Source of the DNA: Candidatus Sumerlaeales bacterium
GTDB lineage: Bacteria; Sumerlaeota; Sumerlaeia; Sumerlaeales; Sumerlaeaceae
Assembly (NCBI GenBank): GCA_038243585.1
Contig: JBBSQY010000037.1
Location: forward strand, 1-33,342
Length of the DNA stretch: 33,342 nucleotides
Reading direction: 5' to 3'
The position numbers and the translations under genes are program-made. Every line of letters starts with the position of its first letter. Position 1 is the stretch's first letter. Positions 17,755-26,977 of the stretch are shown here, in pieces. Under the pieces are notes generated by a model. That model was given only the letters and a program-made list of their open reading frames with translations. It was not told where the DNA came from and searched no databases.

Positions 17755-19683
17755 TTATTTTAGTGAGTCGCCGTCCGCAGAAAGACTGCCGATGGTTTCG
17801 AAGGAGCTATCCACTTGACCCTCAACACCGTCGGGAGCAGGGAGCAGAAGATTATTAGGATAGTAATTCCGAGGGTCCATATCCGCCTCGAAGCGGTGAT
17901 GAGATTCCCGCTGATCCACGGAATCATCAAAGAAGTAATCAGGTAAGTCCCAATGTGCGTCGATGCGGGTATACTTGTAGTTCTCAGCGGGCGTCAGCTG
18001 TGGCGCCTTAATGATGTGAGGAGTTACGAACAACATAAGGTCGTTCTTTTCATGGGTCTTATTGTCATTTTTAAAGAACCATCCGAGCACTGGTGCCTTG
18101 GCAAGCCACGGAAACTCCCGCCTTGAATCCGACGCACTGATCTGCCGCAGGCCGCCGAGGACAACCGTGTCTTCATCTTTAACAATTACGTTTGTCTCGG
18201 CTTTTCTCGTGTCGATGATCGGGATATTTAAAAATGAGCCATTCAAAATTTCCTGCATTGGCTCAAGCTTCATGCGCACATAGCCATTATTTGTAATCAC
18301 AGGCAGAACAGCTAAGCGAACGCTGGATTGCTTGAATTCCACATTCTGAATTGTGCTCCCCTGCGTAGGTCCCTGTCCGGTTTCTACATAAGGATTGTCT
18401 CTGATAATTTCGATGTTGGCTTGCATGTTATTAAGCGTAATAACACGTGGATTCGCAATGGTATTGACAACTTTTCTATTCTCCAGGCCATCCAGCGCAA
18501 GACCAATGTTAAAGTCACTGCCAAGAATTGAAAAAACGCCACCAAAACCGAGACTTGGGTTACCGCTGTTGCCTAGCATGCTCATTAGTCCGTCAACCGG
18601 GTTTATGCCTCCGGCTCCGTCAACCTTCAGTATAGGGCTATTTCCGCTGCTATCTAGCTGAGTAACATTGAGATTTGAACCAAGGTCACGACCAACAGTA
18701 AGGAGCAACTCCACCATGCGGGCCTCAATCATTACCTGTTTTTCGGGCACGTCGAGTTGCGCTACAAGGTCGCGGATAACCGCGATATTTGAAGCTGAAT
18801 CGGAAATGATAAGCGTATTGCTTTCGGGATGAGGGTGAATTTTTCCACCCGTGCCACTGACACTGGAAAGGGCCGTTTGAAGCGTAGCAGCCTCTACCCA
18901 ATTCAGCTTGATATAAACGGTACGGAAATCACCGGTGACCCCCGGCTTGACTTCCTGACGCTTGGCAATACGCATAACGTTTTCGCCCTCACGGACGATC
19001 GCCAGATCCTGAGTAGACAGGAGGCTTTGCAGCGCCACGCCCAGGGGAACATCGCGCAGGTTCAGTGTGATTCTACCAGCGATTACGCCTTCACCATAGA
19101 CGAAGTTTAAATCGGCGCGCTCCGCAAGCAAGCGGATCACCTCTTCCACGTCGGTATCGGCGGGAGTGCTGATGTTTACCCGGCGGTTATAAACTTCCTC
19201 GCCGAGAATTCCGATCAACTTGTTATCGGTGCTGGATTGGGCAACATCATTAGTTTCCGTAACAGTAGGCGGTAAAAATGCCCCAAACTCTTGACCACCT
19301 TCTGTGCGGCCGGTTTCGAGGCCAGCGGTATTGGCCCGCAAGTAGGGATTGTTCTGAGCTTCCTGCAAGGACGGTAACGCGTCATCGCCCATGGCAGACA
19401 AGGGAAGCAGCGTATCGGCACCAGGTTGCGGTAACGGAGACGGGACCGCACTGTCGAGATCGGCTGGAATGCCGGCTTCTCCCAGCGGGGCGCCTAGTTC
19501 CTGTGTTCCCGTTGTCGTGGTCGTTGTAGTCGTAACTGCTTCCATGGAGGAGATTGAAGCCTCATCAATGGGTGTTGCCGGCGACAAACTGCTCTGCGCA
19601 AGCGCGACATGCGCATTCAACGCGATCAGGAACGGAGCGGCTACGGCCGCGGCAACGGGGACACTTAACCAATTTTTGCGCAT
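17755..19683 (-). CDS. pilQ: Outer-membrane secretin, PilQ-like
   Basis: ATG 19683 with SD AAAGGAAG; signal peptide; N0 (RITLNLRDVPLGVAL), N3 (ESNTLIISD...LDVPEKQVMIEARMVE), secretin core (NPRVITLNN, DTVVLGGL, PWLAKAPVLGWFFK, LMLFVTPHII). Last gene of the pilMNO operon. Confidence 0.85.
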   Translation of the reverse strand: MRKNWLSVPVAAAVAAPFLIALNAHVALAQSSLSPATPIDEASISSMEAVTTTTTTTTGTQELGAPLGEAGIPADLDSAVPSPLPQPGADTLLPLSAMGDDALPSLQEAQNNPYLRANTAGLETGRTEGGQEFGAFLPPTVTETNDVAQSSTDNKLIGILGEEVYNRRVNISTPADTDVEEVIRLLAERADLNFVYGEGVIAGRITLNLRDVPLGVALQSLLSTQDLAIVREGENVMRIAKRQEVKPGVTGDFRTVYIKLNWVEAATLQTALSSVSGTGGKIHPHPESNTLIISDSASNIAVIRDLVAQLDVPEKQVMIEARMVELLLTVGRDLGSNLNVTQLDSSGNSPILKVDGAGGINPVDGLMSMLGNSGNPSLGFGGVFSILGSDFNIGLALDGLENRKVVNTIANPRVITLNNMQANIEIIRDNPYVETGQGPTQGSTIQNVEFKQSSVRLAVLPVITNNGYVRMKLEPMQEILNGSFLNIPIIDTRKAETNVIVKDEDTVVLGGLRQISASDSRREFPWLAKAPVLGWFFKNDNKTHEKNDLMLFVTPHIIKAPQLTPAENYKYTRIDAHWDLPDYFFDDSVDQRESHHRFEADMDPRNYYPNNLLLPAPDGVEGQVDSSFETIGSLSADGDSLK

Positions 19684-19699
19684 TGGTCTGCTTCCTTTC

Positions 19700-20761
19700 T
19701 TAATTGTTTGCCCCAGAGGGGCGAACGGGTAGATCAAATATTTTTGTTAATCCAGACTGCACTACTTCAATTTGCACTACACTATCAGAGATGCTGATCA
19801 CTCGGTGACCTGCTTCGCTCCGAATTTCTTCTCCCACACGATAGGCTTTTCCGCCTATCATTGCACGGTTTCCCGATGCGTTCGCAGGATCAACAATGAC
19901 GGTACCCACATTAATATTAGGGCTTAACTCGACAGTTACAGTTGTTGCTTCCACCGGGGCGGCAATTACAGGCGCGGGCGCCTTGTTTATGTCATCAAGC
20001 TTGGCCAATATTGCCTTCGCCTGAAGTGCATGGTCACTATCGGGGAAATCCATAATAATGCCCAACATTTCCTGGCGTCCTTCGTCCACCTTGTTCTCGC
20101 CCAGCAAGCTTACTGCTTTGTCGAAGCGTTCCTGAAGGAGTTTGGCCTGGCGAATCCATGGCACGATCATAGGGTCAGGCATAGGGGTGTCATCTACTAT
20201 AACCCGATAGACTACGGTCGGTTCTTCACCTTTTAGTCGCTTAACGGCTTCGACGTCGAACAAGGTGTTAGAGGTATTTTCGTCCAACTCGAGTCCGCCG
20301 GCAACAGCAGTTTTGCTCTCCCTTTGCAGACCCAGCATTCGAAGAAGTTCAACCCCGCTCTTTACAGCCACAGTTTCGGTTGTCTCGCCTTCTTGTAGAA
20401 CCGCCTGATCCTGGTCAATCTTGACCGAAGGTTCAGTTGCCACGGCCTGTTCGGTCTGTAGAGTGCTGTCTTCGGTACTCTTCATTGAGGTTCCGGGGGC
20501 CGGCACTATTCTACGGGCGGCGTCGTCTGCGGATTTGTCCTGTTTTAGACCTGTGGAGCCGGTCTCACCTTCTCCTGATCCAGTTTCTATAGGAGCGGTA
20601 GTCGCCTGAACGCTGGTTTGCGTAGGCGTTGTCAGTACGTCTATTTCAATTTGAGCGACAACGCTTTGCGTATGACAAAAACTCGATATTACCAGCCCGA
20701 AAGCAAGGGCGGAAAATCCTCGCCATGTTTTGGAAGGAGTAGAATGAATTATGTATGACAT
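19700..20761 (-). CDS. Periplasmic PilP/GspC-like protein with TPR-like insert (pilP position)
   Basis: Lies between pilO and the secretin; signal-like N-terminus; PDPM (RDPF-like); helical pair FDKAVSLL...IIMDFPDSDHALQA; C-terminal RAMIGGKAYRVGEEI...RVISISDSVVQIE beta-domain. Start ATG 20761 or TTG 20773. Confidence 0.55.
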   Translation of the reverse strand: MSYIIHSTPSKTWRGFSALAFGLVISSFCHTQSVVAQIEIDVLTTPTQTSVQATTAPIETGSGEGETGSTGLKQDKSADDAARRIVPAPGTSMKSTEDSTLQTEQAVATEPSVKIDQDQAVLQEGETTETVAVKSGVELLRMLGLQRESKTAVAGGLELDENTSNTLFDVEAVKRLKGEEPTVVYRVIVDDTPMPDPMIVPWIRQAKLLQERFDKAVSLLGENKVDEGRQEMLGIIMDFPDSDHALQAKAILAKLDDINKAPAPVIAAPVEATTVTVELSPNINVGTVIVDPANASGNRAMIGGKAYRVGEEIRSEAGHRVISISDSVVQIEVVQSGLTKIFDLPVRPSGANN

Positions 20762-20769
20762 ATGCTCAA

Positions 20770-21336
20770 TCAACCCTTCGTATTAAATTTAAAAGTAGCC
20801 AGCTGCACCTTGACGGGGTGTACACTGGGTCGGGCGTCATCGTTTTCTATAACAAAGGTTTTGACGCGCATAAGACGATTAGGATTTTCCTCAACCAGAT
20901 TAAGGAACTGACCAAAGTCGTGGTATCTGCCGCTGCCAACTATTTGGTAAGGAATTTCCGTGTAAATGGCTCGTTCAAGCAGCGGAAGCTGTGATAGTTC
21001 AGTATAACTCATGCGGGTAATCTTAAGAATTTCTTCTAATGCGCGGTAGAATTCCTGCGGGGCCACAGTGGATGGTAGTTTTGCAGCGACTTCCGCGAGA
21101 AGGCGCTGTTTTTCTTTTAGCTTTTCAACATTTGCTGCAGCTTCATCCATTTCGGTGACCTGGCGATTCAGATCGCCGATCTCCTTGTCAATCGTGGCTA
21201 GAGTTGTTTCGGCGGCTGCAATCTCTGGTTTCGTAAACTTCCACCAGTAGGTCGCAATTCCGCCTAGCAGCACAAACGCGAGGATAAACCCTGCTTTAAT
21301 GGCGTCTTTTTGCTGAGCTGTAAGTTTATCCCACAT
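20770..21336 (-). CDS. pilO: Type IV pilus alignment protein PilO
   Basis: Single N-terminal TM, coiled coil, KLP, YTEIPYQIVGSGRYHDFGQFL, RLMRV; operon position. Confidence 0.88.
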   Translation of the reverse strand: MWDKLTAQQKDAIKAGFILAFVLLGGIATYWWKFTKPEIAAAETTLATIDKEIGDLNRQVTEMDEAAANVEKLKEKQRLLAEVAAKLPSTVAPQEFYRALEEILKITRMSYTELSQLPLLERAIYTEIPYQIVGSGRYHDFGQFLNLVEENPNRLMRVKTFVIENDDARPSVHPVKVQLATFKFNTKG

Positions 21337-22205
21337 TATTTCAGCACCTCCGCTTCCTCATTGCGCTTGGCCTTAATGCTGACGCCGTCCTCGCCACCGT
21401 CTTCAGCCTTAACGACATCAGAGTCGTCCAAATCGGCCGAGGTGCGATCTAGCTGAGGGTCCGCTTTGATCCGGAAGCCAAATCGAATAACGTCCACTCC
21501 GGCCACACGGTCCACTTTCTGTGGGAGCTGTTCAAATTCTGACGCCATTCGGTCGAGAAACTTCGCCTGCGCTCCCGTTTCTCGTTTCCACTGAACAGCG
21601 TTTAAGTTTTCATAGAACGAACGAATCTGGGCTAAACGCTGAGAACTGTCATTGCCATACGCAATCGCGCTTATTACCAGGGTTTGATTAATGATCGGCT
21701 GCTTTACTGGCGAAGGCTCAGGGGTGGCCAGTTTTGCGTCTTTCGCCTTTGCGGCGGCCCACGCTTCGCGGCGCGCAACGCTTTCCGGTGTCTCTCGTTC
21801 GTCGATCTGTTCCTCAAGCTCGAGTTTCGTGACATACACCGCCAGATTCAAGCGAGCCATGGCGATCATGTTGATCTTTTCGCTCCAGAAAATTCGGTTC
21901 TGGGGGCCCAGGGTTTCGACAACTGCGTATTTTTCTTCAATTTCCTGGCTGCGGAGATTGTTTGCTTCGAATTCGGCCTGCCGCTTTTGCACGTCAGCCT
22001 TGAGGGCGTCGCGCTTGGACGTTCTAGCGGCAACTTCAGCTGCCGCAGCGACACTCTCCATATAGACGAAATACCCCCCTGCGGCGGCGGCCATATAAAG
22101 CAGCATTAGCAGAAGATAAAACGGCACAGCGCTTGGACTGGACTGCTTTTTCGCGGCGCTTTGACGTTTTCCGGATTCGGCGGGAAGGAGGTTAACTTTA
22201 ATCAT
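21336..22205 (-). CDS. pilN: PilN-like alignment protein
   Basis: N-terminal MIKVNLLP (PilM-binding INLLP motif), TM, coiled coil, RIFWSEKI; stop/start overlaps with pilM and pilO. Confidence 0.8.
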   Translation of the reverse strand: MIKVNLLPAESGKRQSAAKKQSSPSAVPFYLLLMLLYMAAAAGGYFVYMESVAAAAEVAARTSKRDALKADVQKRQAEFEANNLRSQEIEEKYAVVETLGPQNRIFWSEKINMIAMARLNLAVYVTKLELEEQIDERETPESVARREAWAAAKAKDAKLATPEPSPVKQPIINQTLVISAIAYGNDSSQRLAQIRSFYENLNAVQWKRETGAQAKFLDRMASEFEQLPQKVDRVAGVDVIRFGFRIKADPQLDRTSADLDDSDVVKAEDGGEDGVSIKAKRNEEAEVLK

Positions 22206-23374
22206 CAGTCGAACATCCTAAGGCCGAGACCGACGCTGACGCCCAGCATATGGCGCACACGCTCCAGATTCTTTTTATCGACTGTCGAACCGGCGATGCC
22301 GATGTTACGAAGTGGATCAATGACCTCTACCGGCAGATTCAACTCCTGGCTAAGAAATTTGTCCAGGTTGTTCATAATCGCTGTACCACCGCCGACTGCG
22401 ACACGCTGAACCGGCTTGCCGTTAGGCTGGTTTTCGAAAAACTGTATGCTGCGCTTAACTTCATTTACAATATTGGTCAAAGTAGCGCGAATCACCTGGC
22501 TGGCTACGTACTCGGGAGAGTCTTCAGCGAGATCTTCCCCGGTTATCCGCTCGACGGTTCCACGGATTGTATCGAGCAGTGATGAGCCACCCATTTCTTC
22601 AGATGCAGTTTCTTCTGATGCGGGCGCCGGAGCCCCCTCTTTCAGCTTAAGTTCTTCCGCCCGCTGAACAGAACAGCCGAGTCGCTGCTGAATGCCAGCG
22701 TTAATAGTGTCGCCGGCCACTGTTATATCGCGAGAAAATCTAGAAACGCCGCCCAGGTAGATGTTTATATTGGTAAGTTCAGACCCAATATCAAGTAAAG
22801 CAACCACCTCGGAGGCGCTCGGCATATAGTTTGCCTCAAAACTGTTGAGAAATGCAAAGGAATCCACATCGATTATTGCTGGAGTTAAATCGGTGGCTTT
22901 CAAAAGAGATATGTGTTCGGCAACCAGATCTTTTTTAGCCGCAACGAGCAGTACATCAATCTTTGACGCCCCCCCAACATCACTTTTTCCCAGCACCACG
23001 GAGTCCAGATTCACTTCTTCCAGCGGGAACGGGATGTAATCTTCAGCTTCCCAGCGGATAGCGCCTTTAAGTTCATTCTCCGGCATGTCAGGCAGTTGAA
23101 TATAGCGAACGATGATCGATTCTCCGCTGACTGCTGAGACAGAATGCTTCGCGGTTATGCCCGCTTGGCTCATGGCCTGACGAATGGCCTCGATGCGCGC
23201 GGTACGGCGATCCACCCCGGCGGACTTCTTGTCCACCCCTGGGTATATCTCTGCCACGCCAAACCGCTCCAGTTCAAACCCACGCCCTAACTTGCGGATC
23301 TGAACGGCCTTGACGACGCTTGACCCAATATCAAGCGCGACAGTTCTTTTAGGGTTTAAAGCCAAACCCGCCAC
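22205..23374 (-). CDS. pilM: Type IV pilus assembly protein PilM (actin-like)
   Basis: VALDIGSSVVKAV, EAEDYIPFPLEEVNLD, VLLVAAKK, IIDVDSFA, LLDIGSELTNI, EVKRSIQFF, GGG, VSVGLGLR. Confidence 0.95.
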   Translation of the reverse strand: MAGLALNPKRTVALDIGSSVVKAVQIRKLGRGFELERFGVAEIYPGVDKKSAGVDRRTARIEAIRQAMSQAGITAKHSVSAVSGESIIVRYIQLPDMPENELKGAIRWEAEDYIPFPLEEVNLDSVVLGKSDVGGASKIDVLLVAAKKDLVAEHISLLKATDLTPAIIDVDSFAFLNSFEANYMPSASEVVALLDIGSELTNINIYLGGVSRFSRDITVAGDTINAGIQQRLGCSVQRAEELKLKEGAPAPASEETASEEMGGSSLLDTIRGTVERITGEDLAEDSPEYVASQVIRATLTNIVNEVKRSIQFFENQPNGKPVQRVAVGGGTAIMNNLDKFLSQELNLPVEVIDPLRNIGIAGSTVDKKNLERVRHMLGVSVGLGLRMFD

Positions 23375-23918
23375 TTCCTCTCAAAATCAAATTTCATCCG
23401 CGACCTAATCAATTGTTAACTTCCCTAAAAGCCCAGTGAGACTTCCTTTAAATCATGTAAAGCTTGGAATGCAGCAGCTATTAGGGTTACGTACATGTAG
23501 TTGGTGTAGCGCATGAGCCCTAATAGCAAGCAAAAAATACATAGGCATTGTTTTTGCCTTAATCAGAAACCCGTTTTTCTGCGCTAAAGAGGCAAACAAT
23601 ATTATCGGAATGACTATCGAGTTGGAACTAACGCAACAGTGCAGCCAATGACGGCTGGCTTATAAGGAGGCGCGAAATAACCCGGGTTGCAGGCGCATCC
23701 GCTTAGCAATAGTGCACCTGATATGCTTATGATAACCAGCAGTTTGTTCCTCATCAATTAGAGTTCCTCTCATCTCATGCCTATTACGAAAAAGGGTGCA
23801 CGCCAACTTCGAGCAGCGTACCCACTTAACCGCTAACCACCATTAGACTCTGCTGCTATCAAGAAAAAAGGGACAGGCCGCATAGAGCTATTAATGTGGT
23901 ATTCTGAAAGGAAGTACG

Positions 23919-25283
23919 TTGAACCTGTTATTTGTAGCGCCTCGAGTATGTCGAAACATTACAGTTGGGCTGGTTGCTGTTGCGTGCTGTAGCGCAATTC
24001 CCGACGCAGCAGGGGCCGCCTACACAATACACGACACCGCCCATCAAACCTCTGATTCTGCAACCATTGAGATACGTGGCGTGGGCGCCGGCCAGTTCAA
24101 CCCTGATTATTGGTTAAAGACACCACCAAATCTTGTGCGAGATGTGCGGCACCCCCTTATGGAACCAAAGGCTGGGCGGTTCCGTAATATTTATGCCCCG
24201 TCTGCCGTGGCTCGACCAGAGAAGGGATGGTATGTATACTATGGCGGGTGGGACGGAATCGAGGAGGGGCATGACGCTATTTACGTAACTACAACAAAGG
24301 ACTTCGGCACCTTTGGAGAGCGTAAGACAGTGGTCGCCCCCGGCCCGTTCCAGCATGTTTGCAATGTAAACGCTCAGTTCGCGGCAGCGGGCGGTGGTGC
24401 GATGACTCTTATGTGTACAGTGTATCCTGATTCCGACGGGAAAAACAAACCAGGGATGTTTCACCTGCCGCTTTCGGTTTCAGAAACACCCCTGATCGCC
24501 GCGCCGAGCGCCATCGTTGAAGTACACGGCTACGAAAATTATCCCGATGCTGACATTAACGGTATGAACGTTCTCCTCCAGAACGGCGACCGGAGCTTGT
24601 TATATTTTGGCGACTTTAGCAATTTTGGTCACGTCTACGTAGCGTCAGGGGATGCGGGCTCTACATCAACGTTCCACCTAGAGGGAGTATCGCTGGACGG
24701 GAAGCTGGCTGTGAATGACGTAAAAATCCTACGGGATACGGAGGGTAAAAAGTGGTATCTGATGGGCCTGCACATGAACCATGATTCTCTTTACTATTCG
24801 CTATCACAGGATCCGCTCCGGTTTTCGACTGCAAAGAAACTTCTTCACAGCGCCAGCGATGCAGATAAGTTTATAGTGGCTCTCGGATGGGTAACAGACG
24901 GTAGCACCTCGTTAGGTGGAACTCAAATAGCAGGGCTGTTATATGGGGCTGGCGGCTCGCACAGTTTAGACACGAACCGCATATTTGCCCGTTGGCTACA
25001 AAAGCGGCTGGAGTTTGTCAGCGGTGAGACAACCGGAACCGACGAGCCGCCCCCACCGCAACTTGCCGGTGCCATGGGCCCATCAACTGTCGTACTCTCC
25101 TGTGCGTCTGATTCCTGGAGCGGAGACATCTTAATTGCCGACGAGGGCGGTAAGAGCGAGGGTCTGGTTAGAGGAGTCACGCTGGAGGCAGGGCACGTCT
25201 ATGAACTGCGGGCTAAGGAAACGCCTCGCGGGCCTAAACCTCAGAAAACTTCTTTGAAGGATGCAGCAGCAAACTCGCATTAA
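23919..25283 (+). CDS. Secreted hypothetical protein, possible five-bladed beta-propeller glycoside hydrolase-like
   Basis: TTG start with SD AAAGGAAG; signal-like N-terminus; blade-like motifs NIYAPSAV, WYVYYGGWD, IYVTTTKDF, LLYFGD, WYLMG, YYSLSQD, LLYGAG. Confidence 0.55.
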   Translation: MNLLFVAPRVCRNITVGLVAVACCSAIPDAAGAAYTIHDTAHQTSDSATIEIRGVGAGQFNPDYWLKTPPNLVRDVRHPLMEPKAGRFRNIYAPSAVARPEKGWYVYYGGWDGIEEGHDAIYVTTTKDFGTFGERKTVVAPGPFQHVCNVNAQFAAAGGGAMTLMCTVYPDSDGKNKPGMFHLPLSVSETPLIAAPSAIVEVHGYENYPDADINGMNVLLQNGDRSLLYFGDFSNFGHVYVASGDAGSTSTFHLEGVSLDGKLAVNDVKILRDTEGKKWYLMGLHMNHDSLYYSLSQDPLRFSTAKKLLHSASDADKFIVALGWVTDGSTSLGGTQIAGLLYGAGGSHSLDTNRIFARWLQKRLEFVSGETTGTDEPPPPQLAGAMGPSTVVLSCASDSWSGDILIADEGGKSEGLVRGVTLEAGHVYELRAKETPRGPKPQKTSLKDAAANSH

Positions 25284-25460
25284 ACCGTCGCCGCAGCCGT
25301 AGACGCTTGGCCTTAACTTCTTTTTTTAAGAATCGACCCCGACTTAAATACCAGTCACGGCGCGAGGTGTGCCAGACCACATACCAATAAACATTGGTTG
25401 ACGGAGGCGTTGCTATTTACATCTATCCATTAAATCCTGTCCCAGTCACTTGGAGAAACA

Positions 25461-26954
25461 ATGATCACTTTTATTGTCTGTATCGCGCTGCTCGTCCTTA
25501 GCTACTTCACTTATGCAAAATATGTGGAGCGGGTGTTCGGCGTGCAGGAAACCCGAAAAACTCCCGCCTACACACTGGCCGACGACGTCGACTATGTTCC
25601 CATGGGCAAAAACAGAAACTCGCTTATCCAGCTTTTAAACATTGCGGGAGTCGGGCCCATTTTTGGGCCGATCATGGGAGCGCTGTATGGCCCTGTGGCT
25701 TTTGTCTGGATCGTGGCTGGAGCTATTTTGGCCGGCGGGGTGCATGATTATCTGACGGGCATGATATCGCTTCGCAATCGCGGTGCGCATCTGCCCGATC
25801 TTGCCGGGAAATTCCTAGGCAAAATTTTCAGACATGTTGTTAACGGATTCGCCTTATTGCTGCTGCTTCTAGTAGGCACCGTATTTGTTACTGCTCCAGC
25901 TGACCTGTTGGCTAATTTGACACCCGGCTGGCTCACGGCCAGCGTCTGGATCGCTATTATATTTCTTTATTATATCGCTGCCACAGTCTTTCCAATCCAG
26001 ACGATCATCGGCAAAATCTACCCCTTTTTCGGGGCGTTGCTGTTGTTAAGTGCGGCGGGCATTGGAGTGGTTCTCATTGCAGACAATCACTCAATCCCTG
26101 AGTTGCATTTCACCAACATGCACCCGAAAGGGCTCGCGATCTTCCCCATGCTGTTTCTGACCATTTCCTGCGGTGCATTATCGGGATTTCATGCAACACA
26201 GTCTCCAATAATATCCCGAACTACGCAGAACGAAAATCAGGGCCGCTTTATCTTTTATGGCATGATGATTACGGAAGGCATTATTGCCATGATCTGGGCG
26301 GCCGCGGCCATGTCTCTTTTTCATGATACATCGCTGAGCGCTGTGCTGGCCGAGGCGGGGCCTGCGGGCGTGGTTCAACGCATATCCATGACTACCCTGG
26401 GAGCAATCGGAGGCACCATCGCCGTGCTGGGAGTTATCGTGCTGCCAATTACGTCCGGCGATACTGCCTTTCGCAGTGCAAGAATGATTATTGCTGATTA
26501 TTTCAAGCTGTCTCAGCGAAAAATTGCACCGCGTTTTATGATCGTTATCCCGCTGTTTATGTTATCCATCGCCCTGACCCAAATGGATTTCGGTCTGCTG
26601 TGGAGATATTTTTCCTGGGCCAATCAGTCTCTTGCGATGATCGCGTTGTGGATCGGGGCTATGTATTTGGGGTTGCAACGCAAAAACATGTGGATTGCGG
26701 TACTGCCGGCCATTTTCATAACTATGGTGACGTTCACATATATTTTGAACGCCGACATCGGCTTTGGTATGCCGATATCTTGGGCCTACGCCGGTGCGGG
26801 CATTATTACTCTTCTAATTATCGCGGCGTTCTTTACCGCGCTAAAGCGACGATTAAAAGCGGCGGACGCCGGAACCGACATTATCAGCCTGGATGACGGG
26901 TTGGATGGCCGGACAGATGACATGCGAGAACCAAATCTCAGCGGTAGTTTTTAA
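25461..26954 (+). CDS. cstA: Carbon starvation protein A family transporter (short form)
   Basis: TPAYTLADDVDYVP, NIAGVGPIFGPI, GGVHDY, TISCGALSGFHATQSP, YGMMITEG, ITSGDTAFRSAR, WRYFSWANQ. SD GGAG. Confidence 0.95.
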   Translation: MITFIVCIALLVLSYFTYAKYVERVFGVQETRKTPAYTLADDVDYVPMGKNRNSLIQLLNIAGVGPIFGPIMGALYGPVAFVWIVAGAILAGGVHDYLTGMISLRNRGAHLPDLAGKFLGKIFRHVVNGFALLLLLLVGTVFVTAPADLLANLTPGWLTASVWIAIIFLYYIAATVFPIQTIIGKIYPFFGALLLLSAAGIGVVLIADNHSIPELHFTNMHPKGLAIFPMLFLTISCGALSGFHATQSPIISRTTQNENQGRFIFYGMMITEGIIAMIWAAAAMSLFHDTSLSAVLAEAGPAGVVQRISMTTLGAIGGTIAVLGVIVLPITSGDTAFRSARMIIADYFKLSQRKIAPRFMIVIPLFMLSIALTQMDFGLLWRYFSWANQSLAMIALWIGAMYLGLQRKNMWIAVLPAIFITMVTFTYILNADIGFGMPISWAYAGAGIITLLIIAAFFTALKRRLKAADAGTDIISLDDGLDGRTDDMREPNLSGSF

Positions 26955-26977
26955 AAATTCCACCATATATAGTTTCT

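Noticed and set aside
17646..17858. 70-aa + strand ORF after DUF420
   Set aside because: Runs through the pilQ terminator and the pilQ 3' end, with no clear SD or recognisable motif.
19510..19533. Thr8 run in the secretin as a phase-variable microsatellite
   Set aside because: Codons are mixed (ACG/ACT/ACA/ACC), so it is not a slippage-prone DNA repeat.
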